A DNA stretch of 37,075 nucleotides from Candidatus Microgenomates bacterium (lineage in GTDB: Bacteria; Patescibacteriota; Microgenomatia; UBA1400; PJMF01): the NCBI GenBank assembly GCA_015486535.1, contig WFRK01000005.1, positions 1 to 37,075 on the forward strand. Reading direction: 5' to 3'. Below are positions 34,521-37,075 of this stretch, one piece after another. A program made the position numbers and the translations under genes. How positions within the stretch are numbered: the stretch's first letter is position 1; each line of letters starts with the position of its first letter. The notes beneath the pieces were generated by a model. That model worked only from the letters and a program-made list of their open reading frames with translations, did not search any database and was not told the DNA's origin.

Positions 34521-35584
34521 AGAGAATCGTTATTCCCACTATTTTGGTTACCTTAGATCTCATCAGTCTATTGATCATTCATCATTTAGACTCGGCTTTA
34601 TTTGCTAAACAATTAAGTTTTGTGTTGATTAGCTTAACTCTCTTTTATCTTGTCAGTAAGATCAAACCAACGATGTTTTTTCAGCATAGTTTCTGGCTTT
34701 ACTTAGCCCTCAATTTGCTTCTTCTCTTCACGCTTTTTTTCGGTCACGGTCGCGGCACTCATCGCTGGCTTAGTGTCGCTGGCTTAACACTTCAAGCGTC
34801 CCAATTAGCCATTCCCTTGCTTGGGCTATTTCTGGCGGCATTAATTCATCACTTCACACCGATCAATTTTAAAAGTTTAATACTTATTTTGGTGACGATC
34901 GCTTTGCCTGCCGGCTTGATTTTCTTAGAACCTGATCTAGGAACGAGCCTACTATTTCTTTTCCCGGCACTGTTGCTTATTTTCGTTGCCGGGGTAAAAT
35001 CAAGTTATCTTTTTAGCCTTGGTTCTATTGTTATAGTTTTGGCATTGTTGACCTTTCCAATTTTACTCAAACCATATCAAAGAAGTCGCATTCTCAGTTT
35101 TATAAAAACAGACTCGAATGTAACTCGATCGATCAGTCCGTCAGACTACAACCGCAATCAAGCATTGATCGCCATTGGCTCTGCCGGTCTTTGGGGTAAA
35201 GGTTTGGGTAAGGGCACCCAATCTCAACTCAGGTTTTTACCGGAAAAACAAACTGATTTCATTTTTGCCAGTTTAACCGAAGAGGGCGGCTTTGCCCTTG
35301 CCCTGATGATTATTATTCTCTATGTTTTCTTAATCATCTTCTTATTAAAACAAGTAAGGTTGTCAGCTTCACCAGCCAATTTATTTATTTTCTTTGTTAC
35401 CAGTTTGTTTGCCTGGCAAATTATCATTAACCTGGGAGGTAATCTCGGCTTAATGCCGATCACCGGCCTCACTTTGCCATTCATTTCCTATGGGGGAAGT
35501 TCGATGATTAGTTTGGCTTTAAGTTTCGCTCTCGTCCAAGCGTTGATTAACGAAACTAAACCTAAATCAAAAGCGATAATTTAA
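34517..35584 (+). CDS. rodA: SEDS family rod-shape protein RodA
   Basis: 'GTHRWL', 'EPDLGTS', 'LKPYQRSRILSF', 'YNRNQALIAIGSAGLWGKG.GKGTQSQLRFLPEKQTDFIF' and 'PITGLTLPFISYGGSS'; ATGA overlap with ileS. Confidence 0.9.
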   Translation: MKRIVIPTILVTLDLISLLIIHHLDSALFAKQLSFVLISLTLFYLVSKIKPTMFFQHSFWLYLALNLLLLFTLFFGHGRGTHRWLSVAGLTLQASQLAIPLLGLFLAALIHHFTPINFKSLILILVTIALPAGLIFLEPDLGTSLLFLFPALLLIFVAGVKSSYLFSLGSIVIVLALLTFPILLKPYQRSRILSFIKTDSNVTRSISPSDYNRNQALIAIGSAGLWGKGLGKGTQSQLRFLPEKQTDFIFASLTEEGGFALALMIIILYVFLIIFLLKQVRLSASPANLFIFFVTSLFAWQIIINLGGNLGLMPITGLTLPFISYGGSSMISLALSFALVQALINETKPKSKAII

Positions 35585-35607
35585 AATTGTTAATCTTGTG
35601 TTATACT
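35580..35607 (+). promoter_or_regulatory. Putative rplU promoter (extended -10)
   Basis: TTTAAA (35580-85), N16, TATACT (35602-07) with TG at 35599-600. ATG lies 8 nt later with no SD. Confidence 0.55.
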
Positions 35608-35615
35608 ACTTATCT

Positions 35616-35930
35616 ATGTCATTCGCAATTATTCAACTTCAAGGCAAGCAATACCAAATAAGCGAAGGTGATGAACTGGTCGTTGATCATTTGGAAACTC
35701 CGGTAGGTGACAGCTTGTCTATCAGTGATGTCCTGCTTGTTAATCAAGCTAAAACAGTAAAAATCGGCACACCATTAGTAAAAAACGCTCAAGTAAAATT
35801 GACCGTTTTAGAACAAGGTAAAGGCGAAAAAATTCGTGTTGTCAAATATAAAGCAAAATCAAGATACCGTAAAGTAAGAGGGCACAGACAACATTTGACA
35901 AAGTTAAAAGTCGTCAAGATTAGTGCTTGA
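35616..35930 (+). CDS. rplU: 50S ribosomal protein L21 (bL21)
   Basis: 'FAIIQLQGKQYQISEGD', 'IGTPLV' and 'GKGEKIRVVKYKAKSRYRKVRGHRQ.LT'. Start at ATG 35616. Confidence 0.97.
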   Translation: MSFAIIQLQGKQYQISEGDELVVDHLETPVGDSLSISDVLLVNQAKTVKIGTPLVKNAQVKLTVLEQGKGEKIRVVKYKAKSRYRKVRGHRQHLTKLKVVKISA

Positions 35931-36035
35931 ATTAGTTTCGACCATCAAGCTCACATTTCAACTGATTGAGGGTTTAAGCTTTTAAACTAAACTAGCTCGC
36001 TGATCTTTTTGCAATCGCAAAAGAATAACTCGAAT

Positions 36036-37075
36036 ATGCATCGTTCTCAACCACTACCAACTTCATTGCTGTTTTTACTTGGTAATACACCACGTCTTTC
36101 CCTGGCTGAAGTTCGAGCAACGATCGATCCTCAGGCAGAGTTAATTAATGCGCAAGTGGCTCAGGCCAAAACAAATCAATCAGCACAAACCCTAATCGAC
36201 CGTCTTGGGGGAACCATAAAAATTTTTCAGCCGATTGATCGTTTTAATGTCACCACTGGAACCAAAACTCTGACTGATTATTTGACACAGAAATTGGCCC
36301 AAATAGCACAACAACAAACCACAAAGTTAAGCTTTTATATTGCACAAATCGGTCAAGAGCATCGAGAACGAATTGATCTCAATCGCATCAAACAAAATCT
36401 AAAAACATTAAATCTAAAAGCGCGTTTTTCTCCTGGAAAACGGAATGGGCTGTCCGCCGCTAATTTACTCCATCAAAAAACCGTGGAATTAAATTTAATT
36501 TATACTGATGAATCAATTATTTTGGCAAAAACCGTCGCTGTTCAGAATATTGACCTCTGGACGGTGCGGGACCGTTATCGACCTTACACCCAACGTCAAA
36601 AAGGCATGTTACCACTTAAAGTCGCCCGAATGATGGTAAATCTCGCTATCCGTCAAGATGAACTGCAGAAAAAATCTTTACTCGATCCTTTTTCCGGTTC
36701 CGCCGGCGTTTTGATGGAGGCAGCTACGGTCGGAGTTAAAAATTTAATGGCGGCAGATAATGATCAGCAAGCAGTAAAAGGAAGTCGCTTGAATCTTAAT
36801 TGGTTGCGAGAAAAATTTCATCTTCCGATTGAATATGAGGTCTATCATCAAGACGCCACTCAATTACAATTGACAAAAAAAATTGATTATTTAGTGACAG
36901 AACCTTTTCTCGGTCGGCAGACACCCAACCCAAAAAAAATTGAAAATATCGCTCTCGGTTTAGAAAAACTTTATTGGGGTAGTTTCAGACACTGGACAAA
37001 TTTATTACAACCAGATGCTCGAGTCGTCATTATTTTCCCTTATTGGCCGATGCAACCAAAAGCAAACTTTAAAAA
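36036..37075 (+). CDS. Trm11/TrmG10-like (UPF0020) SAM-dependent RNA methyltransferase, 3'-truncated by the window edge
   Basis: Manual translation, open to the window end: 'LFLLGNTPRLSLAEV', 'DRLGGTIKI', 'RDRYRPY....GMLPLKVARMMVNLA', 'LLDPFSGSAGVLMEA', 'AADND' and 'LVTEPFLG'. Absent from the supplied ORF track. Confidence 0.78.
   Translation, partial: MHRSQPLPTSLLFLLGNTPRLSLAEVRATIDPQAELINAQVAQAKTNQSAQTLIDRLGGTIKIFQPIDRFNVTTGTKTLTDYLTQKLAQIAQQQTTKLSFYIAQIGQEHRERIDLNRIKQNLKTLNLKARFSPGKRNGLSAANLLHQKTVELNLIYTDESIILAKTVAVQNIDLWTVRDRYRPYTQRQKGMLPLKVARMMVNLAIRQDELQKKSLLDPFSGSAGVLMEAATVGVKNLMAADNDQQAVKGSRLNLNWLREKFHLPIEYEVYHQDATQLQLTKKIDYLVTEPFLGRQTPNPKKIENIALGLEKLYWGSFRHWTNLLQPDARVVIIFPYWPMQPKANFK

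Noticed and set aside
8567-35615. Longer TTG/GTG/ATT-type starts in the ORF track for manC (8567), DUF4012 (10398), mraZ (15478), rsmH (15920), ileS (31074) and rplU (35598)
   Set aside because: Downstream ATGs match family N-termini or SD/-10 positions, and several extensions run through the predicted promoter.
1-37075. Alternative genetic code (TGA=Gly, as in Gracilibacteria/Absconditabacteria)
   Set aside because: Long conserved genes have no internal TGA, and several end in TGA at the expected family C-terminus with ATGA coupling (rsmH, ftsW, ileS).
1-37075. tRNA, rRNA, CRISPR array, IS or prophage
   Set aside because: No intergenic gap exceeds ~250 nt, and I saw no cloverleaf/GTTCGA arm in gaps, spaced repeats, or transposase/integrase motifs by eye. 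A tRNAscan or Infernal run would be needed to exclude short RNAs.

Overview
This 37-kb window is almost entirely coding, and every long gene lies on the + strand. Gene content and protein style suggest a Patescibacteria/CPR bacterium, probably Microgenomates (inference): alpha2-type GlyRS, type-2 IleRS, N-truncated MurE, MurG starting 'GGHLTPA', a DUF4012 protein and a Trm11-like methyltransferase. TGA is used as a stop codon. Layout: (1) 1-12416, a surface-glycan/protein-glycosylation cluster (2x GT2, 3x GT4, O-antigen-ligase-like protein, GT-C/PMT-like transferase, ManC, priming phosphoglycosyltransferase, DUF4012 protein); (2) recO, glyQS and a membrane-anchored hypothetical; (3) a rearranged dcw cluster mraZ-rsmH-ftsL-ftsI-murE-murC/murB fusion-murA-mraY-ftsW-murG-ftsQ-ftsA-ftsZ, without murD, murF or ddl; (4) ileS-rodA-rplU and a 3'-truncated Trm11-like RNA methyltransferase missing from the ORF track. 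The most striking feature is an IleRS with a ~190-aa histidine-phosphatase (RHGE...HG) domain with intact-looking catalytic motifs, inserted between its two CxxC zinc knuckles. Other observations: repeated -10 or extended -10 elements 6-12 nt upstream of start codons that mostly lack an SD (leaderless or short-leader mRNAs); a 38-aa divergent sORF next to the MraZ operator; Asp-type MurA; Cys-type MurB; an EDPR MurE motif; and a stop-interrupted ORF with a DnaA box between ftsZ and ileS. No rRNA, tRNA, CRISPR array or mobile element was recognised. All calls come from reading motifs by eye; no searches were run.
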